The notes under the pieces were generated by a model. That model made no database searches. It was given only the letters and a program-made list of their open reading frames with translations, and was not told the origin of the DNA. DNA of 63,438 bases, filler included, from Octopus bimaculoides (Eukaryota), in assembly GCF_001194135.2 (NCBI RefSeq). It is 4 parts of 3 records of this genome, joined end to end, with 100 filler letters (N's around TTAATTAATTAA, not from the genome) between each part and the next. Parts side by side here need not be neighbours in the genome. Positions count along the whole stretch, not along the records: positions 1 to 29,331 come from NC_068984.1; positions 29,432 to 48,743 come from NC_068983.1; 2 more parts are not named here. One strand, 5' to 3'. Position numbers and translations under genes: made by a program. Position 1 is the first letter of the stretch, and every line of letters starts with the position of its first letter. Below, piece after piece: positions 25,495 to 39,731 of this stretch.

Positions 25495-26220
25495 CTGCTG
25501 AGGTCAACTTTACCTTTCATCCTTTTGGGGTCAATAAAATAAGTACCAGCTGAATACTGGGAGCAAATATTATCAACTTACCCACTCCCTTCAAAATTGC
25601 TGGCCTTGTGCCAAAATTCTAAGCCAATATTTATATGCATCCTATATGAATAAATATTTTACTATTCCGGAGAAGGAGTACTCATCAAAGATTTCATTTA
25701 AACAGAAATGAGCTTTTATCAAATGAAAATCAACATATCTGATTGTCATGAGATACTGAACTTGTGTGTTTAGTTTCACATTCAATATTTTGAATATTCT
25801 GCCAAGGTCAACTTTCCCTTTCATTCTTTTAGCGTCAATAAAGTAAATACCAGTTGAACACTGGAGTCGATGTAATTGACTTATCGCTCCCTCAAAATAT
25901 CTGGCCTTGTGCCAAAACTAATATTTTTATGCATACTATATAAATAAATATTCTGCTACCAATAAAAAGATGTACTCATCAGAAATTGCATCTAAACAGA
26001 AATGAACTTTTAAGAAATTAAAATCAACATTTCTGATTGTCACTAGACAGTTTTTACATTCAATATTTTGAGTCAATATTCCACCAAGACTGACTTTGCC
26101 TTTCATCCTTTCAGGGTCAGTAAAATAGGCACCAGTTGAGCATTGGGGGTCAATGTAATCAGCTTATCTCACTTCCTTGAAATTGCCAGCCTTGTGCCAA
26201 AATTTGAAACCAATATTTTG
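25495..26220 (+). repeat. Degenerate tandem array of an approximately 290-bp unit (SINE family C 3' half + AT-rich spacer), about 2.5 copies
   Basis: GCCTTGTGCCAAAA occurs three times (about 25600, 25905, 26190). The spacer AATCAACAT.TCTGATTGTCA...TTCACATTCAATATTTTG occurs twice. Confidence 0.75.
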
Positions 26221-26504
26221 AGTCAGTGAGGAAACTATTATGTGGCTACTCAATTTGTCCGTAAAACAGTGAAATCTCCTTCAAATTACACCCAGCTGTC
26301 ATTATAAAACTAAGTACACATTGGATAATGTGGTCCTGGACACATTGTACATGAAATGGGGGGAAAAAAATGATAGGCTGCTGTTGACTGAAATGCTTTC
26401 TATTATAGATGTTTCGTCAGCGTTGACCTAAGGTTAACAAAAACAGCCTCCACTGCACAAAAAAACAACAAAAAACAAACAAGACAACAAAAACAACAAC
26501 AACA

Positions 26505-26567
<63 letters not shown>

Positions 26568-26777
26568 GTAAAAGCAGCAGTAATATTGAACGCTTTGATA
26601 GTGAAATTTTATTTCCAGATGAAAGAGCACTTATATCCTGTTGCATTATGGGTAATATAAGGGAATTATATAACTCTTGTTATTTTTATTTATTTTGATA
26701 TTTGTTTTGTTTTTAATGAAATTTTCTGCGGTCCTTAAAATATTTATTTATGTATATGCATGCATGTATGTGAGTGC

Positions 26778-26809
<32 letters not shown>

Positions 26810-26906
26810 GTGTGTGTGTGTTAGTGTGTACATACACGTGCATATATATATATATATATATATATACAAACACACACACACTCACATACACAAACACCCA
26901 CCAACA

Positions 26907-26952
<46 letters not shown>

Positions 26953-27087
26953 CAAACATACATACACATATATATGTACACACATATATATACACATACA
27001 TACATACATACCTGTCTCTTTCTTTATATAAATATATATATGTATATGTGTACATATGATGAAGATGATGATGATGATGATGATGAC

Positions 27088-27143
<56 letters not shown>

Positions 27144-27682
27144 GAATGATGCTGATGTTGACGATGATGATGATAATGTGTATACATACAAACAAATATT
27201 TTCAGAGAGAGAAGGAGGGAGAAAGAGAAACATATATGCATACAGATGTATATATATGTGTGTGTGTGTGTGTATATATATATAAGCACAAATATTTAGG
27301 CGGGCGGGTGGGTGTTTTGATCAACCTTATAGTATTTACATTTATAATCACAAATAGAAATGATCATTGTCTTGATATGAAATGTTTTTCAGTTCCAGTG
27401 CCAAAAGAAAGCCCTTCAGGGCTGTGAGCACTTCTACAATCACTGATACCAAGATTTTTATCAAAATAGACTTGAAAAGAACAAAAAAAAAAGATCCCTA
27501 TCACAACAATAACAACAACAACCATAACAATAATAATGGTTTCTAATTCATGTACAATGCCAGCAGTTTTGAAAGGAATGTTTGATCAATATTGATGATG
27601 CCAGGATTTAACTGGTACTTTATCTTATCATACCCAGGAGGGATAAAAGGCAAAGTTGTATGTATGTGTGTGTAATTCTATA

Positions 27683-27714
<32 letters not shown>

Positions 27715-28269
27715 NNNNNNNNNNNNNNNNNNNNNNNNNNNNNNNNNNNNNNNNNNNNNNNNNNNNNNNNNNNNNNNNNNNNNNNNNNNNNNNNNNNNNN
27801 NNNNNNNNNNNNNNNNNNNNNNNNNNNNNNNNNNNNNNNNNNNNNNNNNNNNNNNNNNNNNNNNNNNNNNNNNNNNNNNNNNNNNNNNNNNNNNNNNNNN
27901 NNNNNNNNNNNNNNNNNNNNNNNNNNNNNNNNNNNNNNNNNNNNNNNNNNNNNNNNNNNNNNNNNNNNNNNNNNNNNNNNNNNNNNNNNNNNNNNNNNNN
28001 NNNNNNNNNNNNNNNNNNNNNNNNNNNNNNNNNNNNNNNNNNNNNNNNNNNNNNNNNNNNNNNNNNNNNNNNNNNNNNNNNNNNNNNNNNNNNNNNNNNN
28101 NNNNNNNNNNNNNNNNNNNNNNNNNNNNNNNNNNNNNNNNNNNNNNNNNNNNNNNNNNNNNNNNNNNNNNNNNNNNNNNNNNNNNNNNNNNNNTATAGAT
28201 ACATACATATACATATATACATATATATGTATGTATATAAATATATATATAGAATATATAGACTGTATG

Positions 28270-29315
28270 ACGCATTTGTGTAAACAGCCATGCTACATGG
28301 CAGAGAAACATGGGCCGTGACTGCTGAGGACATGCGTAAGCTTGCAAGGAATGAAGCCAGTATGCTCTGCTGGATGTGTAATGTCAGTGTGCATACACGA
28401 CAGAGTGTAAGTGCCCTGAGAGTAAAGTTGGATTTAAGAAGCATGAGATGTGGTGTGCAAGAGAAACGACTGTGCTGGTATGGTCATGTGTTGCATATGA
28501 ATAAGGACAACTGTGTGAAAAAGTGTTACACCCTAGCAGTTGAGGGAACCTGTGGAAGAGGTAGACCCAGGAAAACCTGGGATGAGGTAATGAAGCACGA
28601 CCTTCGAACATTGGGCCTTACCTAGGCAATGACTAGTGACTGGGACCTTTGGAAATATGCAGTAGGTGAGAAGACCTGACAAGCCAAGTAAGACCATAGT
28701 CCATGGCCTATGCCAGTGGGTGTAACCAGCCCATCTACGAATACCCCTCATTCATTGGACAATAAACCTTGCTTGTGAAGACCTATTGAGGCAAGTGTAA
28801 ACAAATCAAAATCGCTGACATGGCCGATGACTGTACCGCCTGATTGGCACTTGTGCCAGTGGAACATTAAAAGCACATCCAAGCATGATCGTTGCCAGGG
28901 CCATGGATTGGCTGCTATGCTGGTGACATGTGAAAGGCACCATTTGAGCTTGATCATTGCCAGTGTTGCCTTACTGGCACATGTGCTGGTGGCACGTGAA
29001 AAACAACATTTGAGCATAGTTTTTGCCAGTGCCGCTGGACTGGCTCCATTAGGTAGCACATAAAAACACCTTTTGAGCGTGATCGTTGCCAAAACCACCT
29101 AACTGGCCCTCATGCCAGTGGCATGTAAAAGCACCCATTACACTCTTGGAGTGCTTGGCATTAGGAAGGGCATGTAGCTGTAGAAACTTTGCCAGCTCAG
29201 ATTGAGCCTGGTGCAGCCTCTGGCTCACCAGTCCTCAGACAAACCGTTGAACCTATGCCAGTATGGAAAGTGGACATTAAATGATGATGATAAAGGTGAT
29301 GATGATGATGATGAT
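28270..29315 (+). mobile_element. RTE-clade LINE 3' end with long 3' UTR and (ATG)n tail
   Basis: MLHG.ETWAVTAEDMRKLARNEASML...RL.WYGHV...GRGRPRKTWDEV C-terminal RT motifs, followed by about 630 nt of UTR ending in GGACATTAAATGATGATG. Confidence 0.88.
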
Positions 29316-29375
29316 ATATATATATATATATNNNNNNNNNNNNNNNNNNNNNNNNNNNNNNNNNNNNNNNNNNNN

Positions 29376-29387
29376 TTAATTAATTAA
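29376..29387. other. Assembly spacer TTAATTAATTAA between N runs
   Basis: The identical 12-mer is flanked by Ns at three places (29376, 48788, 58788); it has stops in all frames. Confidence 0.9.
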
Positions 29388-30079
29388 NNNNNNNNNNNNN
29401 NNNNNNNNNNNNNNNNNNNNNNNNNNNNNNNAAGGAACTGTGTGGATGTAATTTGGGTGGAACAAATATCACATAAGAATGGAAAATGAACATTAAATGA
29501 TGATATATATTATCTCTCTCTCTCTCACTCTCTCTCTTTATATATATATATATATATATATACTATATATATATTATGTATGTATGTATGTATGTGTGTG
29601 TGTGTTTATGTATACATGTGTGTATATGCATCTGTATGTATGTATGTATGTATGTATGTATATGCATGTAAGTGTATCCTTGTCTTTTCATAAAGTTATG
29701 GTTCTAAACAAGCATCACCATCATGCAAACGATGTTGTTTGTTCCCAGTCATCTGGCCATAGGAAATATCAGTTTCCTTGGAAACGGATGAAGGTTAATG
29801 ACAGGAAGAGCATCCATTGAGCCACAGGAAAAAAGTGTGTCACAATAAAATTTAGTCTGAGCCATGCAAGCAATGGAATAGTGGATGTTAAATGATGATG
29901 ATAATGAAGATGATGATGATGATGATGATGATGAAGATGATGATGATGGTGATGATGATATAAACTTGGTATGGGAGAAATTAAGTGCTGTGCACAAGAA
30001 AGGAAGCTGCATTTCAGGTGACATCCTCACATTTAAGGACTCTCAGATTAAGAGAATTGACTAAATTGAATTAATGTAC

Positions 30080-30409
30080 CAACACATTTGTTTATTCTTC
30101 CTGCCATGAAATAGTCAGAGAGTCATATTCTCTCAGGAATTCAAGTAGAGATTTTGCTTAACTTCACCAACATGTTGTTCCTAGAACAAATACCCCTTTA
30201 TAGAACCAGAGACAATAGCACTGTAGATTTCTGCTTCACAAATAATGAGGAATTCCTCCATAATGTGAAGGTGATACCTAGATTCTTCTGTCAACATAAC
30301 ACAGTATAATCAACAATGTATGCTCAAAAAGAGATCATAACTCAACACATCACAAAGGTGATTCTAATTTTATTTAATCTAAAATTCTACAAGGCTTAGT
30401 GGAAATTTA

Positions 30410-30410
<1 letters not shown>
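30080..30410 (+). mobile_element. CR1-type LINE endonuclease fragment, highly degenerate
   Basis: Reads RDNSTVDFCFTNNEEFLHNVKVIP, homologous to RAGNILDLCFTNNIDLIHNVKVTP in the 56164-58290 element. Confidence 0.6.
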
Positions 30411-30707
<297 letters not shown>

Positions 30708-30743
30708 GTGTGTCATATATGTATGTATATATGTAGATATGTA

Positions 30744-30774
<31 letters not shown>

Positions 30775-30915
30775 NNNNNNNNNNNNNNNNNNNNNNNNNN
30801 NNNNNNNNNNNNNNNNNNNNNNNNNNNNNNNNNNNNNNNNNNNNNNNNNNNNNNNNNNNNNNNNNNNNNNNNNNNNNNNNNNNNNNNNNNNNNNNNNNNN
30901 NNNNNNNNNNNNNNN

Positions 30916-31288
30916 GACTGCGGCCATGCTGGAGCACCACCTTTAGTCGAGTAAATCGACCCCAGGACTTATTCTTTAGAAGCCTAGTACTTATTCTATC
31001 AGTCTCTTTTGCCGAACCGCTAAGTTACGGGGACATAAACACACCAGCATCGGTTGTCAAGCGATGTTGGGGGAGACAAACACAGACACACAAACACATA
31101 CACACATACATATATATATATACATATATACGACGGGCTTCTTTCAGTTTCCGTCTACCAAATCCACTCACAAGGTTTGGTCGGCCCGAGGCTATAGTAG
31201 AAGACACTTGCCCAAGGTGCCACGCAGTGGGACTGAACCCGGGACCATGTGGTTGGTAAGCAAGCTACTTACCACACAGCCACTCCTA
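30916..31288 (-). mobile_element. tRNA-derived SINE, family A
   Basis: High identity to 44858-45258. Further partial copies near 1190-1330, 2748-2960, 11790-12105, 12460-12620, 19000-19290, 22230-22350, 25160-25390, 31310-31480, 43005-43200, 52110-52300 and 63330-63438. Confidence 0.85.
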
Positions 31289-33799
31289 TGTATATGTATA
31301 TATATACACACAGATAGCTTGTTGCTTCCACACAGTTTCCATCAACCAAATTCACTCACGACGCATTAGCTGACCCAGAACTAGAGTAGAAGACACTTGC
31401 CAAAGATGTTGGACAGAAAGACTGAACCCAAAATCACATGGTTGCAAAGCGAGCTTCTTAACCACACAGCCATGCTTCGCACCTGTTATGTTAATGTGCA
31501 CTCGACTAGAGATTTCTATTCATCATATCCTCCTCCTCATCATCATCATCATCATTTAACGTCCATTTTCCATGCTGGCATGGGTTGGATGGTCTGACTG
31601 GGGATTGGCAAGCCAGGAAGATGCACCAGGCTCCAGTCTGATCTAGCAAGGTTTCTACAGCTGGATGCCCTTCCTAATGCCAACCACTCTGAGAGTTTAG
31701 TGGGTTCTTTTTACATGCCACTGGCATGGGAGCCAGTAAGGCAGCACTGGCATTGACCACCTTCGGATGGTGCTTTTTACATACCACGAGCACAGGCTTA
31801 TTGTATACAAATTTTTTTTCCCTGTCCTCAGTCATTATGTCTGGTCTTCTGTGTTAACATTTTACAGAGGGTCTTTGTTACAAGATCATTCCACCAGCAT
31901 TCTTTAATATTATGGCTGAGAACGCTTTCCATATCATTGCAACTTCTTATATGTCAGGCTTCAGAACTATTCTTTCCACTAATTGCTTCGTGTAATGTTT
32001 TGGACTATACATCATTCTTCAAAAGCAGATAATACCAAAAGGGTATTTCCAGACAGCTGCTTATGATGTGGGTAACATCTTTGATGTTAATTCTACAGTC
32101 AGCATCAATTGTCCAAGCTGTATTTCTTTCCCTTTTGTACATGTGGTATTTTATCTTATTTCCTGTTGAAGGATTGTAAAAGATTTCTCTTCAAAGTGAG
32201 AACTAAAATAGCAGTTCTTGGTCCAAGACACGCTACTCTGGATATTAATATGAAGCTTTCATACACTCTAACCATACATAAATTTCTGTTGATATGCTCA
32301 AAACCGTCCCTCAGAAATTTTATGTATGTTCATATAAGTGAGAGAAGAGAGATTAAATAAGCCAGCAGGCAAAAGTTAAGAGATCCAATTAAAATGAATT
32401 TTATAACAAGTCTGTTTCTGTCAGTATTGAACCTTCTCCTCAGTAAATGTTTCATTTGTATTCTTAAACTTGATTTAACGTTTATACAAGTAGCTTCTCT
32501 ACAAGAACTTGCTCTGCCTCATCCCAACCTCCACTTCTCTCATACTTTAATCCTTCGTCTATTCATCTATAAAACTGTTTCCTCACTTGGGGTTTGTAGC
32601 CTTGGAAGCTGTATGGCGACCTCAATAGAGTTGGTGGCATGAAAAAAGCACCCAGTACACACTGTAAAGTGGTTCGGCATTAGGAAAGGTATCCTATAGT
32701 CCTTGAGTCCATCAGACCCTGTCAAAACATCCAACCCTTGCCAGCATGGAAGATGGACATTAAATGATTATGGTGATGATGATGATGATGACAATGATGA
32801 TGAATTTAACATTTGTGTGTGTGTGTGCATGCATGCACACTTGTGAGAGAAAGAGAAAGAGAAAGAGTGTGAGTATCTCTTGAAAAGATGTAATATTAGT
32901 AATACTATATTAGCTGTATCCCTTTTCCCTTTTTCTAGTTCCTAAGAAACATCTGTAAATAGGGACCAGTATAATTTTTATTGCCAATATTGACCAACTG
33001 ATGCCAGCATGGATATCAAATGATGATGATGATGATATCTGCTATGAAATGAAAACAGACAACATATGAAAGAGCTGTTGGGAGTGAAGAGGTAGTAAGA
33101 GATGCAACCAGTGCGTAACTATGGCACCAGCTGCCTAATTAACCTAATCAACTAGTTGTTTTTCACAAATGAGTGGCTTGTACTTTTACACATTATTAAC
33201 CTATCTTTCATGCTTAAATGACTGATGAGGGAGTCTCTATACAGCTCACATTCATTTGACATACTGGAAGTAGCAGCCAAATTTCTCTCAAATTATGCCC
33301 TCCCTACCATCATTATCACAAGCAACTAAAAAATAGGATATATTTGATACCTTAGTCCTAGATGTGTAAAGCTTGAGATAAATGGAACTATCTGATTAGA
33401 GATCTGCTCATTTTGAACTGACCTGGGGTTAAATAACACTGAGAATTAGTGGTCCTTTTTATTTTGCTTTTTGTTAAGGGTACATGTCTGTGGAGTACTT
33501 GGTCACTTGCACATTAACTTCAAGAGCAGGCTGTTCCAGTGATTGAATCAACTGGAACCTTCATCATCATAACCAAAAGAGTGCCAGTATAATATTTTTA
33601 ATATGTTTAGTGTAGGATATAGGATAAAGTACATCTAAGTGCAAAGGGAAAATTTCATTAAGCTTCTTAGCATTTTGGGATTGCAGTTACATGACTGGGT
33701 GAAGGGAGATTCTGAATGCTAAGATGTGACAAAGAAAATTTGCAGTAAAGAAAATTTGCAGTAAAGAAAATCTATCTATATGTGGATGAATGACAGGCC

Positions 33800-34780
33800 A
33801 CTTGTTTGGAAAATGTGAGTCACTTTTGGATGAAAGAGAAGCCACTTATGTGGGAAAAAGAGGCTACTGTGTGGAAAAGAGAGGTCACTGTGTATTGGAA
33901 AGTGCACCAACATATGTGGGAAAGAGACATCATTTGTGTGGGAAAGAGACATCGTTTGTTTGGGAAAGAGGCATCATTTGTGTGGGAAAGTGACATATTA
34001 TATGTGGAAAAGAAACATCATTTGTGTGGGAAAGAGACATCATTTATGTGGGTGACATCGTTTGTGTGGGAAAGAACATCGTTTGTGTGGGAAAGAGACA
34101 TCATTTATGTAGGGAAAGTGACATCATTTGTGTGGGTAAGTGACATCATTTGTGTGGGTAAGTGACATCGTTTGTGTGGGAAAGAGACATTGTTTGTGTG
34201 AGAAAGAGACATCATTTGTGTGGGAAGGAGATATCATTTGTGTGGGAAAGAGATATCATTTGTGTGAAAAAGCGACATCATTTGTGTGGGATGAGGGGAC
34301 ACTAGTTTAGATAAAAAGAACACTATGAGAAAGAGAGATCACGTGAGCAAGAAAAGAGAAATGACTTATGTGAGAGAGATAGGCCACTTATGTGGGAAAG
34401 AGAGGCCACTTGTGGAAGAAAGAGAGTCACATGTGAAAGAGAGGTTACTTGTGTGAGAAAGAGGGATTATTCTTGTGGAAAAGAGAGGCCATTTGTAAGG
34501 GGAGAAGAAGGCCAGTTAAGAGAAACCACTTTTGTGGGAAGGAGAGGTGACTTGTGTAAGAAAGTGAGACACTTGTGCAAGAAAGAGAAGTTACTTATGT
34601 GGAAGACAAGGTCTCTTATGTAGAAGACAAGGTCTCTTATGTGGAAGACAAGGTCTCTTAAGTGGAAAAAGAAACCATCTGTGAGGAAAAGATGCCATTT
34701 GTGTGGAAAGACTAGGCCGTTTATGTGTGAGAGAGAAAGAGGCCACTTGTTTGTGGAAGATCAGCCAATTTGACTGAAGA
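33800..34780. repeat. Minisatellite, 22-bp unit GACATCATTTGTGTGGGAAAGA, with degenerate flanks and a 21-bp sub-array
   Basis: Core array at about 33920-34290. TTATGTGGAAGACAAGGTCTC x3 at about 34603-34660. Confidence 0.9.
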
Positions 34781-36031
34781 AGGCAAATCACTTGTGCACA
34801 AATGTGTGTGCGATAGCTTTTTGAGTGTGAAATATAGGTCATCCGCATTGAAAAAAGTTCACTTCTGTCTAAAATGAAGGGCACACACGTAAGACAATGA
34901 AATAATTTTGTGGGAAATATAGCCCACTTGCTTGTAAAAGAGAGGTCATTTGTCAGTGAAATAAAAGTGAACTGTATTTAAAAGCAAGGTTATCAGAATG
35001 TATAGGAAATGCTATTTCAGTGAGAAAACATTACTTTATGTGCATAAAAGAAAAGCATGTATATGATATGAAAAGTTAAGATCATGTGTCAATGTGAGAC
35101 ACCTGTTTGCAAAATAAAGGCATGCGCATGACAGAGAGGATTGTCAAGAATGAGTTACCTGTAATCAAAAGGTTTGTGTACATACACACCATCTCTCTCC
35201 TTCCCTCTATATATATATATGCGTGTGTGTGTATTTATGTGTGTGTATGTATGTGTGCTTCTGTGTATGGATACATATTTATAAATGCATGTGATAGTGA
35301 TGTTGGTGGTGGTGAGGTCGTCATCGTTGTCGTCTTCGTCGTTGCCATTGTGGTGGTGGTGGTGGTGGTGGTGGTGGTCTGTAATCTCATGTGAATGCTT
35401 TATTAAGGAACGTGTAAAAAGAGACTTATGTCATGCAAAAGAGACGTTTCTTAAGTATAAAGGAGGAAGTCATTTTGTTTTTTTTCTTATGTTTGGTTTC
35501 CTACATGTGAATGTAGAAATGTTAAGAACAAAAATGAAACGAAACAATACAAAATGTGGGTGTCAAACACGAGGTTCAGCATTGTAAAGTTCTTTCAGAA
35601 ATCGAGGGTGGAATATAAGAAGCAAAAATAAGAAAAGGAAAAAAAAACAAAGAGAAATAATGTTTAAAAAGAAAATAAAAGGTAACGAGACAAAAGAAGA
35701 AAATATATAGAATTGGGGGAAAATAAAAGTGGGCACTTTTCTAGTGTGGAAACAGCATTGATTTAGGAAACAGATGGGTGCAAACAACAGTTAGAGAGAA
35801 AAAAAATAAATGATAATAAAAAGAAAATGGAAAATGGAAGACCGAGCTGCACTGTTGTAGCCATAGTGATGTTGGTATTTGGTGTTGCTGGAGGAGAAGG
35901 GGAGAAGGGGGAGGAGGGGTGAGAGGGAAAAGAGAGGAGGAGGAGATGTGAGTGGTGGTGGTGGTGGTGGTGGTAGCAGAGGAGGAGGAGAAGAAGAAGA
36001 AGAAGAAGAAGAAGAAGAAGAAGAAGAAGAA

Positions 36032-36103
<72 letters not shown>

Positions 36104-36911
36104 AGCAAACAGAAAGAAAAAAAGAAAGAAAGCAGAAGTTAAACAACAAAGAACTGTAACTCATGACGAAGTCTGCAGAAGTCATTTGGAAACCTGAGGG
36201 GTTTTTTATATTTTTTATTTTATTATGCTATCTTGGAGAAAGAATATAAAAATAGTTCAATCATCATCATCAGCAGCAGCAGCAGCAGCAACAGTCTTTT
36301 GTTTTTGGTGTTGCTTTTATTTTTATCATTTATTTTTTTATTTTGGAAAACGAAAAAAATAATGGAATTTAAATAATAATAATAATAATAATAATGATAA
36401 TAATAATAATAATGAATAAATAGTCTTAAACAAAAAAAAAAGAAGAAATCAATAAATCAATCACAGTGTTATTCTANNNNNNNNNNNNNNNNNNNNNNNN
36501 NNNNNNNNNNNNNNNNNNNNNNNNNNNNNNNNNNNNNNNNNNNNNNNNNNNNNNNNNNNNNNNNNNNNNNNNNNNNNNNNNNNNNNNNNNNNNNNNNNNN
36601 NNNNNNNNNNNNNNNNNNNNNNNNNNNNNNNNNNNNNNNNNNNNNNNNNNNNNNNNNNNNNNNNNNNNNNNNNNNNNNNNNNNNNNNNNNNNNNNNNNNN
36701 NNNNNNNNNNNNNNNNNNNNNNNNNNNNNNNNNNNNNNNNNNNNNNNNNNNNNNNNNNNNACACTTTATATATACGTGTGTGTGTGTGTGTGTGTGTGTC
36801 AGTCCAGCCTAGCTTTACTAAGAACTGAATAAATAACAAGGAAATTTCATTTACAATCAAAAGAAATAAAAAATTTTTTTTTATATTTTGAAAGTAGTTT
36901 ATTTAACAGAA

Positions 36912-36959
<48 letters not shown>

Positions 36960-37645
36960 ATGTGTTTGCATACATACGTTTGCAGACATGCGTACACAGG
37001 CATATATGCATATGTAAGTATATATATATATACATATCTATATATATATATACACTCACACATAACTGCATAACATGTACGCATATACATATTTGTTCAC
37101 ATATACATGCATTTGTAAACACACACACGCAAATATAAAAGGAGTACTGTGTGAGCTAGAAAGGTATGAAATATAAATAAAAGTGAGAATATATGGGAAA
37201 GTTTAAAGGAAAAGGTGAAATGGACATGGAAAAACCCCTCATTAGCTACAGGGTATAGAATCAGTGCAGTTTTGACATGATTAATTCCACAGCACTACTC
37301 TTCTAAACATGCTGCTGGATAATAAACATCATTGCCATGATGGACATTATATGACTTAAAATATGAAGAACAACTAGTGATATGTAAACAAATAGATATT
37401 TTCACCTATAGACTCAACATGCACTCGGCACTGTGGGAAACTCTCTTCACATGACATGGCAAGGGAAAAAACAACAGTTATACAGTAAGTGCAGTGGAAT
37501 AACATTGTATAATAATTGCATGCTTTTGTAGCATGATGACATTAATTGTATAAGCACCAACTAAACAAGATCAGGGCACAAATAAACACACACACATATA
37601 TATGTGTATGTACAATAACACACATACACACAGATAGATAGATAA

Positions 37646-37688
<43 letters not shown>

Positions 37689-38619
37689 CATTTCTTTTAT
37701 TAGCCACACAGGGCTCAACGAAGATGGGACAAATACAATGTAGAGCTTTTCTTTTTGGGAGGGGGAAGGAAAAAAANNNNNNNNNNNNNNNNNNNNNNNN
37801 NNNNNNNNNNNNNNNNNNNNNNNNNNNNNNNNNNNNNNNNNNNNNNNNNNNNNNNNNNNNNNNNNNNNNNNNNNNNNNNNNNNNNNNNNNNNNNNNNNNN
37901 NNNNNNNNNNNNNNNNNNNNNNNNNNNNNNNNNNNNNNNNNNNNNNNNNNNNNNNNNNNNNNNNNNNNNNNNNNNNNNNNNNNNNNNNNNNNNNNNNNNN
38001 NNNNNNNNNNNNNNNNNNNNNNNNNNNNNNNNNNNNNNNNNNNNNNNNNNNNNNNNNNNNNNNNNNNNNNNNNNNNNNNNNNNNNNNNNNNNNNNNNNNN
38101 NNNNNNNNNNNNNNNNNNNNNNNNNNNNNNNNNNNNNNNNNNNNNNNNNNNNNNNNNNNNNNNNNNNNNNNNNNNNNNNNNNNNNNNNNNNNNNNNNNNN
38201 NNNNNNNNNNNNNNNNNNNNNNNNNNNNNNNNNNNNNNNNNNNNNNNNNNNNNNNNNNNNNNNNNNNNNNNNNNNNNNNNNNNNNNNNNNNNNNNNNNNN
38301 NNNNNNNNNNNNNNNNNNNNNNNNNNNNNNNNNNNNNNNNNNNNNNNNNNNNNNNNNNNNNNCTATAACAGTAAGTGACTCTCTTTTGCCTTTTTGTTTT
38401 CTTTTTTTTTTCATAGATAGATTGATAGATAAATAGGTAGATAGATAGATAGATATGTTTCTTTATTAGCCACACAGGGCTCAACAAAGATGGGACAAAT
38501 ACAATGTAGAGCTTTTCTTTTTGGGAGGGGGAAGGGAAAAAAGTAGGGGGGTGTCGATCAAAAGGGATCATAGGAAGGAAAAAAGGGGGGAGTTCAATCT
38601 AAAGGGATCAAGAAAAAAA

Positions 38620-38665
<46 letters not shown>

Positions 38666-38898
38666 GGTGTCCATAAATTAATTTTACAATTTGAAACATT
38701 CAGTAAAAAATGAAAAATAAGGATAACTGAGCAGAGTTTATTGGAAATGATAGTTAAATAAATAAAGCTTTATTAGAAACATTAGAACACTTCCATGTGT
38801 TTTGATGTTTCTATTAAAAGTTGATTGATAGATCTCAATTATAATAGACAACATTTTAATGGATAAAATAAATTGTAAGATAATCTAAGAACACCCTG
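38666..38898. mobile_element. Tc1/mariner-type MITE, old
   Basis: Imperfect TIRs GGTGTCCATAAATTAATTTTACAATTT / AAATTGTAAGATAATCTAAGAACACCCTG. Confidence 0.55.
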
Positions 38899-39211
38899 CA
38901 TCACAAACCACAGCATGTGACAACATGTTACCCATAAACCAATAATAATATGAACAAAATATAATACAATACATAGATAAACAAATGGAATACTACATAC
39001 GTTAACAAAATTTAATTAAACACAAAAAAAAAATACACACACACACATGAACAAATAAATAAATAAAAACAAATACAAACGAACACGTATTAACAGAGTA
39101 TATANNNNNNNNNNTTAAGATTAATGTAATATAAAGCTGAAGCAAATTAACACCAAATATACAGTGCGTGTGTTTTTATTGGCTAAACTGGCAATATGAC
39201 CATCCCCAAGT

Positions 39212-39253
<42 letters not shown>

Positions 39254-39731
39254 TTAGGGTATCTAAGAGATACTACCATGCTTGAAATAGCAGTCAAACT
39301 TTGATTCTAAAACCATATTCAATGTTTATACAGCACCAGGAGAAAAGACAAAGAGACAAAATAAACTAGCAAAAAATTACTGGATAATTCCAGATCCTGA
39401 ATTTCTCATTGCCAACCTTCACCGTACTGGTAGCATCCCTGTACAGAGCTTGTACAGCTCTCACCAACCACTCATCTATCCCTAGTTTCTGCATTGACCA
39501 CCAGATAAGGGATCAGGGGACCCTGTCAAAGGCTTTCTCCAAGTAGTCTGGATGGGACTTTGCACCAGCCGCAGATTTGGTCTGTGGCACTCAGTAAGCT
39601 GTCCTGCAGGAATTCCCAGTTGCCTCTATGTCACAAGTCTGGGGTGGCTTATTCACAATTTTAAAAACAAAAAGTAGAAATATGGAGACTAATCAGCTCT
39701 AGTATTGCTAGAAATAAGACTCTTATTTCTA

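Noticed and set aside
33920-34290. Regular short repeats superficially like a CRISPR array
   Set aside because: The units are contiguous with no unique spacers, there are no cas genes, and the context is eukaryotic.
37645-38545. Approximately 130-bp direct duplication on both sides of an N gap (also 59077-59167)
   Set aside because: Typical contig-overlap or haplotype artefact at scaffold gaps.
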